Below are positions 51,357 to 60,569 of a DNA stretch of 64,000 nucleotides, in pieces. Source of the DNA: an uncultured Alphaproteobacteria bacterium (GTDB lineage Bacteria; Pseudomonadota; Alphaproteobacteria; Rhizobiales; Xanthobacteraceae); NCBI GenBank assembly GCA_963819355.1, contig CAWFVZ010000002.1, forward strand, positions 13,771 to 77,770, in the 5' to 3' direction. Position numbers and translations under genes: made by a program. Under the pieces are notes generated by a model that saw only the letters and a program-made list of their open reading frames with translations, was not told the origin of the DNA and searched no databases. Numbering within the stretch: the stretch's first letter is position 1; each line of letters starts with the position of its first letter.

Positions 51357-53204
51357 ATGGCTGGGAAACCGAATTCAATCGTCGCCGCTCTGGCGCTGCT
51401 CATCTCGGTCACTGTTGCCGTGGTCATCGTGATCACGGGAGTTGTGGGCTACCACTATGGCTCCAAGGTCTATGACGGGATCAGGGTGAAGTTGCCAGAG
51501 TATCCAACCGCCCAAAAGACCCGCTGGCTCGAACAGAACTGGACGGATAAGCGCGAATGGTTTCACCACGCCGATCAGGGGACGGCGACTTTCCACATCC
51601 CTTACGAATGGTTCGTGGCCCTTGAACAGCCGGTATTGTCGCTAACGACAGTGGGACCTTTGGGCGCCCCCGCTTATCTCGACCGTTTCGGATTCATTCC
51701 CGATCCGACCGATCCAAAGCTCGGATTGCCGATTGGTATGGCGCGCGGCAAGGCCATGGTCGATGCCACCGCACAACCCTGGAAAAATCCACGGGCGCCG
51801 TACAATGACATGACGCGGATCGGGCTGACCTGCGCGGCGTGCCACACCGGACGTTTCACCTACCAGGGGACGGAGCTACTGGTCGACGGCGGCCCAGCAC
51901 TCACGGATCTCGGCAAGTTCCGGACCGCGCTTGGCCTCTCGCTGGCATTCACGCGCTTTGTGCCCTTCCGCTTCGACCGGTTTGCCGAAAAGGTGATCGG
52001 AGCAGACCCGAGCGAGGTGGAAAAGAGCCGGTTGCTCGCGCAACTCGACAAGGTCCTGGCGCAGGGCAAGGGACTTGCCGATCTCGACACCATGGTTGCC
52101 CCGCAGAGTGTAGTCGAGGGGTTCGGCAGGCTCGACGCTTTGAACCGCATCGGCAATGAGGTCTTTGCGATCGACCTCAAGATTCCCGCCAACTATGCCG
52201 CCACATCAGCGCCCGTGCATTTCCCGCGCATCTGGGATGCCTCGTGGTTCGATTGGGTCCAGTACAACGCATCGATCGAACAGCCCATGGTGCGCAATGC
52301 CGGTGAAGCCATGGGCGTATCCGCGATGATCAATCTGACAAACGCGAAGGGGGGCCTATTCAACTCAGGTATCGAAATCATGAACCTGGACAGGATTGAG
52401 AAATCGCTGGCCGGTAAGCAGCCGAATGAAAGCACAGGCTTCACCGGATTGAAGTCACCACAGTGGCCTTCCGAGCTTCCTCCAATCGACAAAAAGCTCG
52501 CCGAGCAAGGGGAGGCACTCTACAAGGAACATTGCCAGAAATGCCACCTGCCGCCAGTGAGCGGTGCTGAGTTCTGGAAGTCCGACCGCTGGTTGCTGCC
52601 AGACAATCGGAAGGATGAGCGCTATCCAGGCGAGCGTTATCTCCGCGTCGAGGTAGTCCCAATCACGCATATCGGCACCGACCCAGCGCAGGCCCAGGAT
52701 ATGCTCGATCGCAAGGTCAGGGTTCCGCAGGAGCTCGATATTCCTTACGACAGTTTCGGCCCAGCGCTCGGTGCAGTCAGCGAAAAGACCATCAAGCATT
52801 GGTATGACAGCCAGACACCACCGGCTGTGCCAGAAAAGCGCGAGGAGCTGAACGGATACCGGGACAACGGCATCCAGGCTCCACTGGCCTACAAGGCGCG
52901 TCCGCTCGACGGGATATGGGCAACGCCGCCGTACCTGCACAACGGCTCGGTGCCCAACCTTTATGCCCTGTTGTCGCCGGTCGACGAGCGGCCGACGAAA
53001 TTCTACCTGGGCAACCGCGAATATGACCCGGTCAATGTCGGATATCGCTATGACAAGTTGGAGGGCGGATTCGAGCTCGATACGAGGATCCGGGGCAACT
53101 ACAACACCGGGCACGAGTTCAATAATGGAAAGAACGGCGTGATCGGGCGCCTTTTGACGCCTCAGGAGCGGCGGGCGCTGGTCGAATTTCTGAAGACAAT
53201 GTAA
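51357..53204 (+). CDS. membrane-anchored di-heme cytochrome c, RoxA/CcP-MauG superfamily
   Basis: N-terminal TM, CAACH, CQKCH, GIWATPPYLHNGSVP, NTGHEF. Confidence 0.88.
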   Translation: MAGKPNSIVAALALLISVTVAVVIVITGVVGYHYGSKVYDGIRVKLPEYPTAQKTRWLEQNWTDKREWFHHADQGTATFHIPYEWFVALEQPVLSLTTVGPLGAPAYLDRFGFIPDPTDPKLGLPIGMARGKAMVDATAQPWKNPRAPYNDMTRIGLTCAACHTGRFTYQGTELLVDGGPALTDLGKFRTALGLSLAFTRFVPFRFDRFAEKVIGADPSEVEKSRLLAQLDKVLAQGKGLADLDTMVAPQSVVEGFGRLDALNRIGNEVFAIDLKIPANYAATSAPVHFPRIWDASWFDWVQYNASIEQPMVRNAGEAMGVSAMINLTNAKGGLFNSGIEIMNLDRIEKSLAGKQPNESTGFTGLKSPQWPSELPPIDKKLAEQGEALYKEHCQKCHLPPVSGAEFWKSDRWLLPDNRKDERYPGERYLRVEVVPITHIGTDPAQAQDMLDRKVRVPQELDIPYDSFGPALGAVSEKTIKHWYDSQTPPAVPEKREELNGYRDNGIQAPLAYKARPLDGIWATPPYLHNGSVPNLYALLSPVDERPTKFYLGNREYDPVNVGYRYDKLEGGFELDTRIRGNYNTGHEFNNGKNGVIGRLLTPQERRALVEFLKTM

Positions 53205-54129
53205 GATATTCAGGGATCGCTTCCCGATCTGCGACGACACCCAGAACATTGTGACCCGGTTGCTGGCGGTCGGAACCGCCCCTGGCGTCCCAGCCCCGAG
53301 GACTGGTGAGGACGCGGCGGCTCCCAATCCCGTGCCGGCATGCGTGGGGCGGATCAAGCCGCACTATCACTCCACCACGACGACGGGGATCATAATCACG
53401 ACAACGACGATCGGCGCGCACTACCCGAATTATATTACTTCAGAAAGCGGACGCGATCGTTGCCGTTGCGAGCTGTCGCCGCTTGGCGCGCAAATCGAGA
53501 AGGAAATCAGCATTCAGGTTCGTCTGATCCATCATCAGAATCGAATTGACAGGCCGGACGGGCTGAGATGCGACCAAATAAAAAGCCGCCCGAAGGCGCC
53601 CGTCCCCATCTTGGCCGGACCGAACTTCGGCCTGATCTCCCCGCCGCGCTGGTCGCACTTGGTGGAGAAGAACTGAAATGGACCCGCGGAGCGGGACCGG
53701 TTGAACCGGCTTGTTAGTTGGAAACTGATCGCTCCTGATCCCTATCTATCACGCAGCCAGAGATTCTGTCTGCTGCTGTTGCTGTGGGCATGTGGAGTAT
53801 TCAACCACGCTCGTTCCGCCCAGTGGATGATACTAGGCAGCCGAATGGCGGGAGCCGAGCCGGATTGCCGGCAACGCCGAGGGGGCCGAGCGCGGTCACG
53901 AGGAGGGTTCGCACAGCCCAAAGGGCCGCTGGTTTGAGCAGCGGGTCCTTACCTTATCGTTTTATCGGGCATGCAAATGATCTGGATTGAAATGTTTGGG
54001 TCAACCGACATCCGCGCCTACGTCCATACGGTCAAACAGGCGGCCCCCGGAGAGGCGATCGGTGCGGCCCGGAGGAAGTCGAGCGCTGGCGCGGTGGGCT
54101 CTCGCTGAAGCCGATCACTTCCAGCGTTT

Positions 54130-54361
54130 CCCCGAATTTACCACCCCGGTCGTTGATGACTGTGGACTTCGCGATTGCTTGCTCGCTCGTCCGGCCGGGT
54201 AGGCCTCGTTATCCGGTTTTTGTCCATCGGGCCGCGGCTTTGCTCCACGCTTCCTTCAGACCCCGCCTCGCGACGACGCCCTTGCGCTTCGGTAATCCTT
54301 CGCCGCCATCAGGCTGGATAGAAGACTTCCACCTCCAAGCTGTCGATCATGCTCGGCACAC
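54130..54361 (-). mobile_element. group IIC intron, 5' (domain I) remnant
   Basis: Begins GTGTGCCGAGCATG and carries GGTGGAAGTC, CGCAAGGGCGTC, TCTGAAGGAAGCG, AAGTCC and GTAAAT blocks. It abuts the U-tract of a terminator. Confidence 0.85.
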
Positions 54362-54392
54362 AAGAAAAAGGCCGGGATTGCTCCCGGCCTTT
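54362..54392 (-). terminator. intrinsic terminator of the glycerol ABC operon
   Basis: AAAGGCCGGGA-4nt-TCCCGGCCTTT with TTTTTCTT tail on the minus strand. Confidence 0.9.
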
Positions 54393-54411
54393 CGTCGTTA
54401 TGAGACGTGCG

Positions 54412-56205
54412 TTATTGCAGCGAGGCGCGCTTGGGCGGGGTTGCCGGCCACGACTTGATCAGCGTGTCGTAGTCGACGGTCTCGCCCTTCGGCTTCTCGT
54501 TGGCGAGCTTGCGCTGTGGCGCGATGGTGCCGTCCTTCTGGGCCTTGGCGAACCAGTACTCGGCCAACTCCTTCTTGTGCAGCTTCGGACCGCAGGCGCC
54601 CTGCACGCCCGACTTTTCCAGACGCTCCATGACGGAGTCTTGCGCTGCGGCAAGTGCATCCATCGCAGCTTGCGGCGTCTTCGCACCGGACGACGCATCG
54701 CCGATGTTCTGCCACCAGAGCTGTGCGAGCTTCGGATAGTCAGGCACGTTGTTGCCGGTCGGGGTCCACTGCACGCGCGCGGGCGAGCGGTAGAACTCGA
54801 TCAGGCCGCCGAGCTTGGGCGCACGCTCGGTGAACGACTTGTCCCAGATGTCGGATTCACGGATGAAGGTGAGACCGACGTGGCTCTTCTTCAAGGACAC
54901 CGTCTTGGAGACGATGAACTGGAGATACAGCCAGGCTGCCTTGCGGCGGTCCGCCGGAGTCGACTTCAGAAGCGTGAGTGAACCCGCATCCTGGTAGCCG
55001 AGCTTCATGCCTTCCTTCCAGTACGAACCGTGCGGCGAAGGAGCCATACGCCACTTCGGCGTACCGTCCGCGTTCATCACGGCGATGCCCGGCTTCACCA
55101 TGTCGGCGGTGAAGGCGGTGTACCAGAACATCTGCTGGGCGATGTTGCCCTGGGCCGGGACCGGACCGGACTCGGAGAAGGTCATGCCCTGGGCCTGCGG
55201 CGGAGCGTACTTTTTCATCCACTCGAGGTACTTGGTGATCGAGTAGACCGCGGCCGGACCGTTGGTATCGCCACCACGCTCGACCGAGGAGCCGACCGGA
55301 CGACAACCTTCCATGCGGATGCCCCACTCGTCGACCGGCAGACCGTTCGGAATGCCCTTGTCACCATTGCCGGCCATCGAGAGCCAGGCGTCGGTGAAAC
55401 GCCATCCGAGCGAGGGGTCCTTCTTGCCATAGTCCATATGGCCGTAGACCTTGACGCCGTTGATCTCCTTGATGTCGTTGGTGAAGAACTCGGCGATGTC
55501 CTCATAGGCCGACCAGTTCACGGGAACGCCGAGCTCGTAGCCATACTTGGCCTTGAACTTGGCCTTGTAGTCGGGGTTGGTGAACCAGTCGTAGCGGAAC
55601 CAGTAGAGGTTGGCGAACTGCTGGTCGGGCAGCTGGTAGAGCTTGCCGTCCGGCGCCGTGCCGAACGACTTGCCGATGAAGTCGTTGACGTCGAGCTGGG
55701 GATCGGTGACGTCCTTGCCTTCGCCGGTCATGTAGTCCGACAGCGCGATGGTCTGGCCGTAGCGGAAGTGGGTGCCGATCAGGTCGAAGTCGTTGATCCA
55801 GCCGTCATAGACGTTCTTGCCGGACTGCATCTGGGTCTGCAGCTTCTCGACCACGTCACCTTCCTGGATGATGTCGTGCTTGAGCTTGATGCCGGTGAGC
55901 TCGGAGAACGCCTTGGCCAGCGTCTGCAACTCGTATTCGTGGGTCGCAATAGTCTCGGAGACGACGTTGATCTCCATGCCCTTGAAGGGTTCGGCGGCCT
56001 TCGCGAACCACTCAAGCTCCTTCTTCTGGTTGTCCTTCGACAGCGTCGAGGGCTGGAATTCCGCAATCCACTTTTGGATCGTGGCGTCGTCGGCGGCGCG
56101 GACCGGCCCCGAGACGGCGAACGTTGCCGCAATGATGGCTGCCGCACTTGATACGCTCAGCAAGCTGACCTTGGTCAGCGGACCTTTCCTTCTAGACCGT
56201 CGCAT
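54412..56205 (-). CDS. glpV: glycerol ABC transporter solute-binding protein
   Basis: FQPSTLS, LPDQQFANLYWFRYDWF, VPVNWSAYEDIAEFF, GYQDAGS. Confidence 0.85.
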   Translation of the reverse strand: MRRSRRKGPLTKVSLLSVSSAAAIIAATFAVSGPVRAADDATIQKWIAEFQPSTLSKDNQKKELEWFAKAAEPFKGMEINVVSETIATHEYELQTLAKAFSELTGIKLKHDIIQEGDVVEKLQTQMQSGKNVYDGWINDFDLIGTHFRYGQTIALSDYMTGEGKDVTDPQLDVNDFIGKSFGTAPDGKLYQLPDQQFANLYWFRYDWFTNPDYKAKFKAKYGYELGVPVNWSAYEDIAEFFTNDIKEINGVKVYGHMDYGKKDPSLGWRFTDAWLSMAGNGDKGIPNGLPVDEWGIRMEGCRPVGSSVERGGDTNGPAAVYSITKYLEWMKKYAPPQAQGMTFSESGPVPAQGNIAQQMFWYTAFTADMVKPGIAVMNADGTPKWRMAPSPHGSYWKEGMKLGYQDAGSLTLLKSTPADRRKAAWLYLQFIVSKTVSLKKSHVGLTFIRESDIWDKSFTERAPKLGGLIEFYRSPARVQWTPTGNNVPDYPKLAQLWWQNIGDASSGAKTPQAAMDALAAAQDSVMERLEKSGVQGACGPKLHKKELAEYWFAKAQKDGTIAPQRKLANEKPKGETVDYDTLIKSWPATPPKRASLQ

Positions 56206-56282
56206 GTTGTTTCCTCCGTTGCAGCGACAAACTTTTGTACAGGCCCGGGTTGGTCCCGGATCTGGCCGTCCCTTCGCGAGCT

Positions 56283-56612
56283 TCAGACCGTGCGAAAAAT
56301 GAGCGCGGCCGTGACCAGCGAAATTCCTGATGCGAGCCACAGGCTCGAGATTTCAAAACCCTCCTCACCGACCGGCAGCGTGGCGAGCGCGTCGGTACCG
56401 ACGATAGCGATCCACAAGAGGTGGATGACGGCGGCCGTGATCAGCGAGATGAACAAGCGGTCGCCGCGCGTGGTCGGAATGCGCAGCACACCGACGCGCT
56501 CGGCTTCCGGATAGACCGCCGCAAGGTACGTCATGACCGCAAGCGTACAGGCGAGCGCGGCGAAGAAGATCGCCGTCGGGGGCGTCCAGGCCATCCATGC
56601 GATGGATTCCAT
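56283..56612 (-). CDS. glpU: DUF2160 small membrane subunit
   Basis: WMAWT.PT, TTRGDRLFISL. Confidence 0.8.
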   Translation of the reverse strand: MESIAWMAWTPPTAIFFAALACTLAVMTYLAAVYPEAERVGVLRIPTTRGDRLFISLITAAVIHLLWIAIVGTDALATLPVGEEGFEISSLWLASGISLVTAALIFRTV

Positions 56613-56624
56613 AAGAGCCTCCCC

Positions 56625-57431
56625 TCACACCCGGCCGAGCGCGAAACCGCTCGCGATGTAATTGCGGACGAACCAGATCACGAGCGCGCCCGGAATGATG
56701 GTGAGCACACCGGCCGCAGCCAGCAGCCCCCAATCCATGCCGGCCGCCGATACCGTGCGCGTCATGATCGCGGCAATCGGCTTGGTCTGCACCGAAGTCA
56801 GCGTGCGCGCAAGCAGCAGCTCGACCCAGGAGAACATGAAGCAGAAGAACGCGGCGACGCCGATGCCGCTGGCGATCAGGGGCACCAGGATCCGGATGAA
56901 GAAGCGCGGGAAGGAATAGCCGTCGAGGAAGGCGGTCTCGTCTATCTCGCGCGGCACGCCGGAGACGAACCCCTCGAGGATCCACACCGCCAGCGGAACG
57001 TTGAAGATGCAGTGCGCCAGCGCGACCGCCCAGGGCGTATCGAACAGGCCGATCGCCGAATAGAGGTTGAAGAACGGCAGCGCGTAGACCGCCGCCGGCG
57101 CCATCCGGTTCGACAACAGCCAGAAGAACAAATGCTTGTCGCCGAGGAAGCGGTAGCGCGAGAATGCGTAGGCCGCGGGCAGCGCCACCGAAATCGAGAT
57201 GATAGTGTTGAGGACGACGTATTCCAGCGAATTGATGTAGCCGGAATACCAGCTCTCATCGGTGAAGATACGCCTGTAGTGCTGCAACGTCGGGGCGTGC
57301 GGCCACAGCGTCATCGTCGAGACGATCTCGGCGTTGGTCTTGAAGCTCATGTTGACGAGCCAGTAGATCGGCAGCAGCAGGAAAATCAAAAACAGCGCCA
57401 TGATGACGCGACGGCCGGGGATCGAGTGCAT
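56625..57431 (-). CDS. glpQ: carbohydrate ABC permease
   Basis: EAA loop (IDETAFLDG), AAYAFSRY. Confidence 0.88.
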   Translation of the reverse strand: MHSIPGRRVIMALFLIFLLLPIYWLVNMSFKTNAEIVSTMTLWPHAPTLQHYRRIFTDESWYSGYINSLEYVVLNTIISISVALPAAYAFSRYRFLGDKHLFFWLLSNRMAPAAVYALPFFNLYSAIGLFDTPWAVALAHCIFNVPLAVWILEGFVSGVPREIDETAFLDGYSFPRFFIRILVPLIASGIGVAAFFCFMFSWVELLLARTLTSVQTKPIAAIMTRTVSAAGMDWGLLAAAGVLTIIPGALVIWFVRNYIASGFALGRV

Positions 57432-58332
57432 CACACGGCTCCTTCCTGCGGCTTGCGCTCGGCGCCGGCGTTGGTCATGACGGTGTAGAAGATCCAGCAG
57501 ACGATCAGGATGATCAGATTGTAGACGAGCGAGAGCGCTGCGGCCTTGCCGAGGTCGAACTGGCCGAGCGCGATCTTGACCAACTCGATCGATACGAAGG
57601 TGGTCGAGTTGCCGGGTCCGCCGCCGGTGACGACGAACGGCTCCGTATAGATCATGAAACTGTCCATGAAGCGCAGCAGCACCGCGATCAGCAGCACGCG
57701 GTTCATCTTCGGCAACTGGATCGCCTTGAACACGGCCCAGCGCGAGGCGCCGTCGATCTGCGCCGCCTGGTAATAGGCCTCCGGGATCGACTTCAGTCCG
57801 GCATAGCAGAGCAGCGCAACGAGGCTGGTCCAGTGCCAGACGTCCATCACGATGACGGTGACCCAGGCGTCGATGTCGTTGGAGACGTAGTTATAGTCGA
57901 GGCCGATGTGGTTAAGGACATAGCCGAGCAGCCCGATGTCAGGCCGGCCAAAGATCTGCCAGATCGTGCCGACGACGTTCCACGGAATCAGCAGCGGCAG
58001 CGCGAGGGTGACGAGACAGACCGCCACCGTCCAGCCCTGGCGGGCATCGACAGCGCGACGACGATGCCGAGCGGCACCTCGATCGCGAGGATCACCATCG
58101 AGAAGAACAGATTGCGCCCGAGCGAGGCCAGGAAGCGGCCGCCGAGATCGGTCGAGGGATCGAGCAGCTCCTTGAACCAGCCGACGCCGTTCCAGAAGAA
58201 CTGGTTGTTGCCGAACGTGTCCTGCATCGAATAGTTCACCACCGTCATCAGCGGCAGCACGGCCGAGAAGGCTACGACCAGGAACACCGGCAGCACCAGG
58301 AACCAAGCTTTTTGGTTGACGGTCTTGTCCAT
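57431..58332 (-). CDS. glpP: carbohydrate ABC permease, with a -1 frameshift near 58042
   Basis: YYQAAQIDGAS, LLRFMDSF. The N-terminus MDKTVNQKAW is in another frame; CCC should read CCCC. Confidence 0.85.
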
Positions 58333-59417
58333 CAGGCGGCTCCCTCCACCAGAAGGCTGTCGGCATAGACGTGGATGTGCGACGGATCGAATTTCAGCCC
58401 GGCGGTGCCTTCCGCGCTGGTGAAGCCCGCCGGCGCGCGTGCCGCGAGCTTGGCATCGCCGAGGCGGGCGCGCGCGAAGCGAATGCGGCCGAGGTCGTCG
58501 ATGCGCTCGATCTTCGCGGTGAGCAGGCCGGACGCGGGTGCGACGACCTCGACGAATTCCGGGCGCACGCCGATCTCGATCTTGGCGCCCGCCGGCAAGG
58601 TGTCATAGCTGCGGTTGAGCGCGATGACATGGCCGTCGATCCGCGCGTCGCGTCCCCTGACCTCGGCTGGAATGATATTCATGCCGGGCGAGCCGATGAA
58701 ATAGCCCACAAACGTGTGCGCCGGCTTGTCGAACAGCTCGGCCGGCGTACCGCTCTGCACCACGCGGCCGTCATGCATGACGACAACGGTGTCGGCGAAG
58801 GTCAGCGCTTCGGTCTGGTCGTGGGTGACGTAGATCATGGTGAGGTCGAGCTCGCGATGCAGCGCCTTCAGCTTGGAGCGGAGCTGCCATTTCAGCTCGG
58901 GGTCGATCACCGTCAGCGGCTCGTCGAACAGGACGGCGGCAACGTCGGAGCGCACCAGGCCGCGGCCGAGCGAAATCTTCTGCTTGGCATCGGCCGTGAG
59001 CCGCGTCGCCTTGCGGTTCAGATAGGGCTCGAGGTCGAGCAGGCGGCCGATCTCGGCGACGCGTTTGTCGATCTCCGCTTTCGGCACGCCGCGGTTCTTC
59101 AGAGGGAACGCCAGATTCTGCCCCACCGTCATGGTGTCGTAGATCACCGGAAACTGGAACACCTGGGCGATGTTGCGCTTCTGGGTTGACAGCGGTGTGA
59201 TGTCCTGGCCGTCGAACAGGATTTTCCCCCGCGACGGCGTGATGATGCCGGAGATGACGTTGAGCAGCGTGGTCTTGCCGCAACCGGACGGTCCGAGAAG
59301 CGCATAGGCGCCGCCCTGCCGCCAGGTCATGGTCACCGGCTTTAGTGCAAAGCTATCCTGCGGCGCATCATTGCCGCCGTAGGAGTGGGCGAGATCGACG
59401 AGGTCAATGCGAGCCAT
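58332..59417 (-). CDS. glpT: ABC ATP-binding protein
   Basis: GPSGCGKTT, LFDEPLT, YVTHDQ. Confidence 0.9.
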   Translation of the reverse strand: MARIDLVDLAHSYGGNDAPQDSFALKPVTMTWRQGGAYALLGPSGCGKTTLLNVISGIITPSRGKILFDGQDITPLSTQKRNIAQVFQFPVIYDTMTVGQNLAFPLKNRGVPKAEIDKRVAEIGRLLDLEPYLNRKATRLTADAKQKISLGRGLVRSDVAAVLFDEPLTVIDPELKWQLRSKLKALHRELDLTMIYVTHDQTEALTFADTVVVMHDGRVVQSGTPAELFDKPAHTFVGYFIGSPGMNIIPAEVRGRDARIDGHVIALNRSYDTLPAGAKIEIGVRPEFVEVVAPASGLLTAKIERIDDLGRIRFARARLGDAKLAARAPAGFTSAEGTAGLKFDPSHIHVYADSLLVEGAA

Positions 59418-59429
59418 GGCGCATCTCCC

Positions 59430-60569
59430 TCACGTTTTTTTCGTTGAAGCGTTTTCTTCACGCGAACCGCTAGGCACTTCGCTTGAAAACGCTGTGGGAC
59501 CGGGCGCGGCGACCAGACGGTCGGCCGCGTCAAAGACGAAGACGTCGTTGGGATCGAGCACAGCGTCGATGGTCTGGCCCGGCTCGAACTCGTGCACGCC
59601 GTGCAGCACCGCAACCCAGTTCGACCCGTCGCGGGTCAGATGCACGAAACTCTCCGAACCGGTGATCTCGGTCACCGTCACCGTGGCATGGAAGGCATGG
59701 CGGTCAGTCTCGCCATTGGCGAGTGCAAGCTGGTGCGCCCGAAAGCCGACGCGATAGGCGCCGTCGGCGAGAGAGGAATAAAGACCAGACGCCGGCGCGG
59801 CGATGCCTCCCGCATATTGCACGGAGCCGTTCTTCTTCTCGATGCCGACGAGATTGAGCGGCGGATCGGAGAACACCTGTGCGACGCGCAGCGTCTGCGG
59901 ACGGCGGTAGACGCTGGGCGTCTCACCGATCTGGAGCGCCCGGCCCTCCCACATGCACACCGTGTTGCCGCCGAGGAGCAGGGCCTCGGTCGGCTCGGTG
60001 GTGGCATAGACGAAGATTGCGCCGGACGCCTCGAAGATGCGCGGCAGCTCTGTGCGCAGCTCCTCGCGCAGCTTGTAGTCGAGATTGGCGAGCGGCTCGT
60101 CGAGCAGCACGAGATCGGCGCCCTTCACCAGCGCGCGCGCTATCGCGGTGCGCTGCTGCTGGCCGCCGGAAAGCTGGAGCGGCGTGCGCTTCAGGAACGG
60201 CTCGAGCCGGAGCAGCCTGGCGGCTTCCGCCACGCGCGTCTCGATCTCCTGGCGCGGCTTGCCCTGCACGCGCAGCGGCGAAGCAATGTTCTCATAGACC
60301 GTGAGCGAGGGGTAATTGATGAACTGCTGATAGACCATCGCGACCGAACGCTGGCGCACGTCGACACCGGTGACGTCATTGCCGTTGACCAGCAGCTTGC
60401 CTGTGGTCGGCTTGTCGAGGCCGGCAAGCAGCCGCATGATCGAGGTCTTGCCCGACAGCGTCGGCCCGAGCAGCACGTTGAGCGTGCCGCTCTCGAGCGT
60501 CAGCGAGACGTCGCGGATGTGCGGGACCCCGTCGACGGTCCGGGTCACGTGATCGAGTGTCACGCTCAT
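59430..60569 (-). CDS. glpS: ABC ATP-binding protein
   Basis: GPTLSGKTS, LSGGQQQR, LLDEPLANLD. Confidence 0.9.
   Translation of the reverse strand: MSVTLDHVTRTVDGVPHIRDVSLTLESGTLNVLLGPTLSGKTSIMRLLAGLDKPTTGKLLVNGNDVTGVDVRQRSVAMVYQQFINYPSLTVYENIASPLRVQGKPRQEIETRVAEAARLLRLEPFLKRTPLQLSGGQQQRTAIARALVKGADLVLLDEPLANLDYKLREELRTELPRIFEASGAIFVYATTEPTEALLLGGNTVCMWEGRALQIGETPSVYRRPQTLRVAQVFSDPPLNLVGIEKKNGSVQYAGGIAAPASGLYSSLADGAYRVGFRAHQLALANGETDRHAFHATVTVTEITGSESFVHLTRDGSNWVAVLHGVHEFEPGQTIDAVLDPNDVFVFDAADRLVAAPGPTAFSSEVPSGSREENASTKKT
59434..59493. repeat. RIME/REP-like element (AGCGTTTTC family), copy 2
   Basis: The reverse complement, AGCGTTTTCAAGCGAAGTG...GGTTCGCGTGAAGAAAACGC, matches copy 1. Confidence 0.75.

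Noticed and set aside
53251-53676. ORFs after the di-heme gene (His/Asp-rich 69 aa; Thr-rich 141 aa)
   Set aside because: They overlap in competing frames without clear SD or family motif and are probably a decayed fragment.
45800-54130. 3' half (RT, domains V/VI) of the group II intron inside the island
   Set aside because: No YADD-type ORF or domain V-like GAACCGCCG/GAGCCG motif was found on the minus strand.
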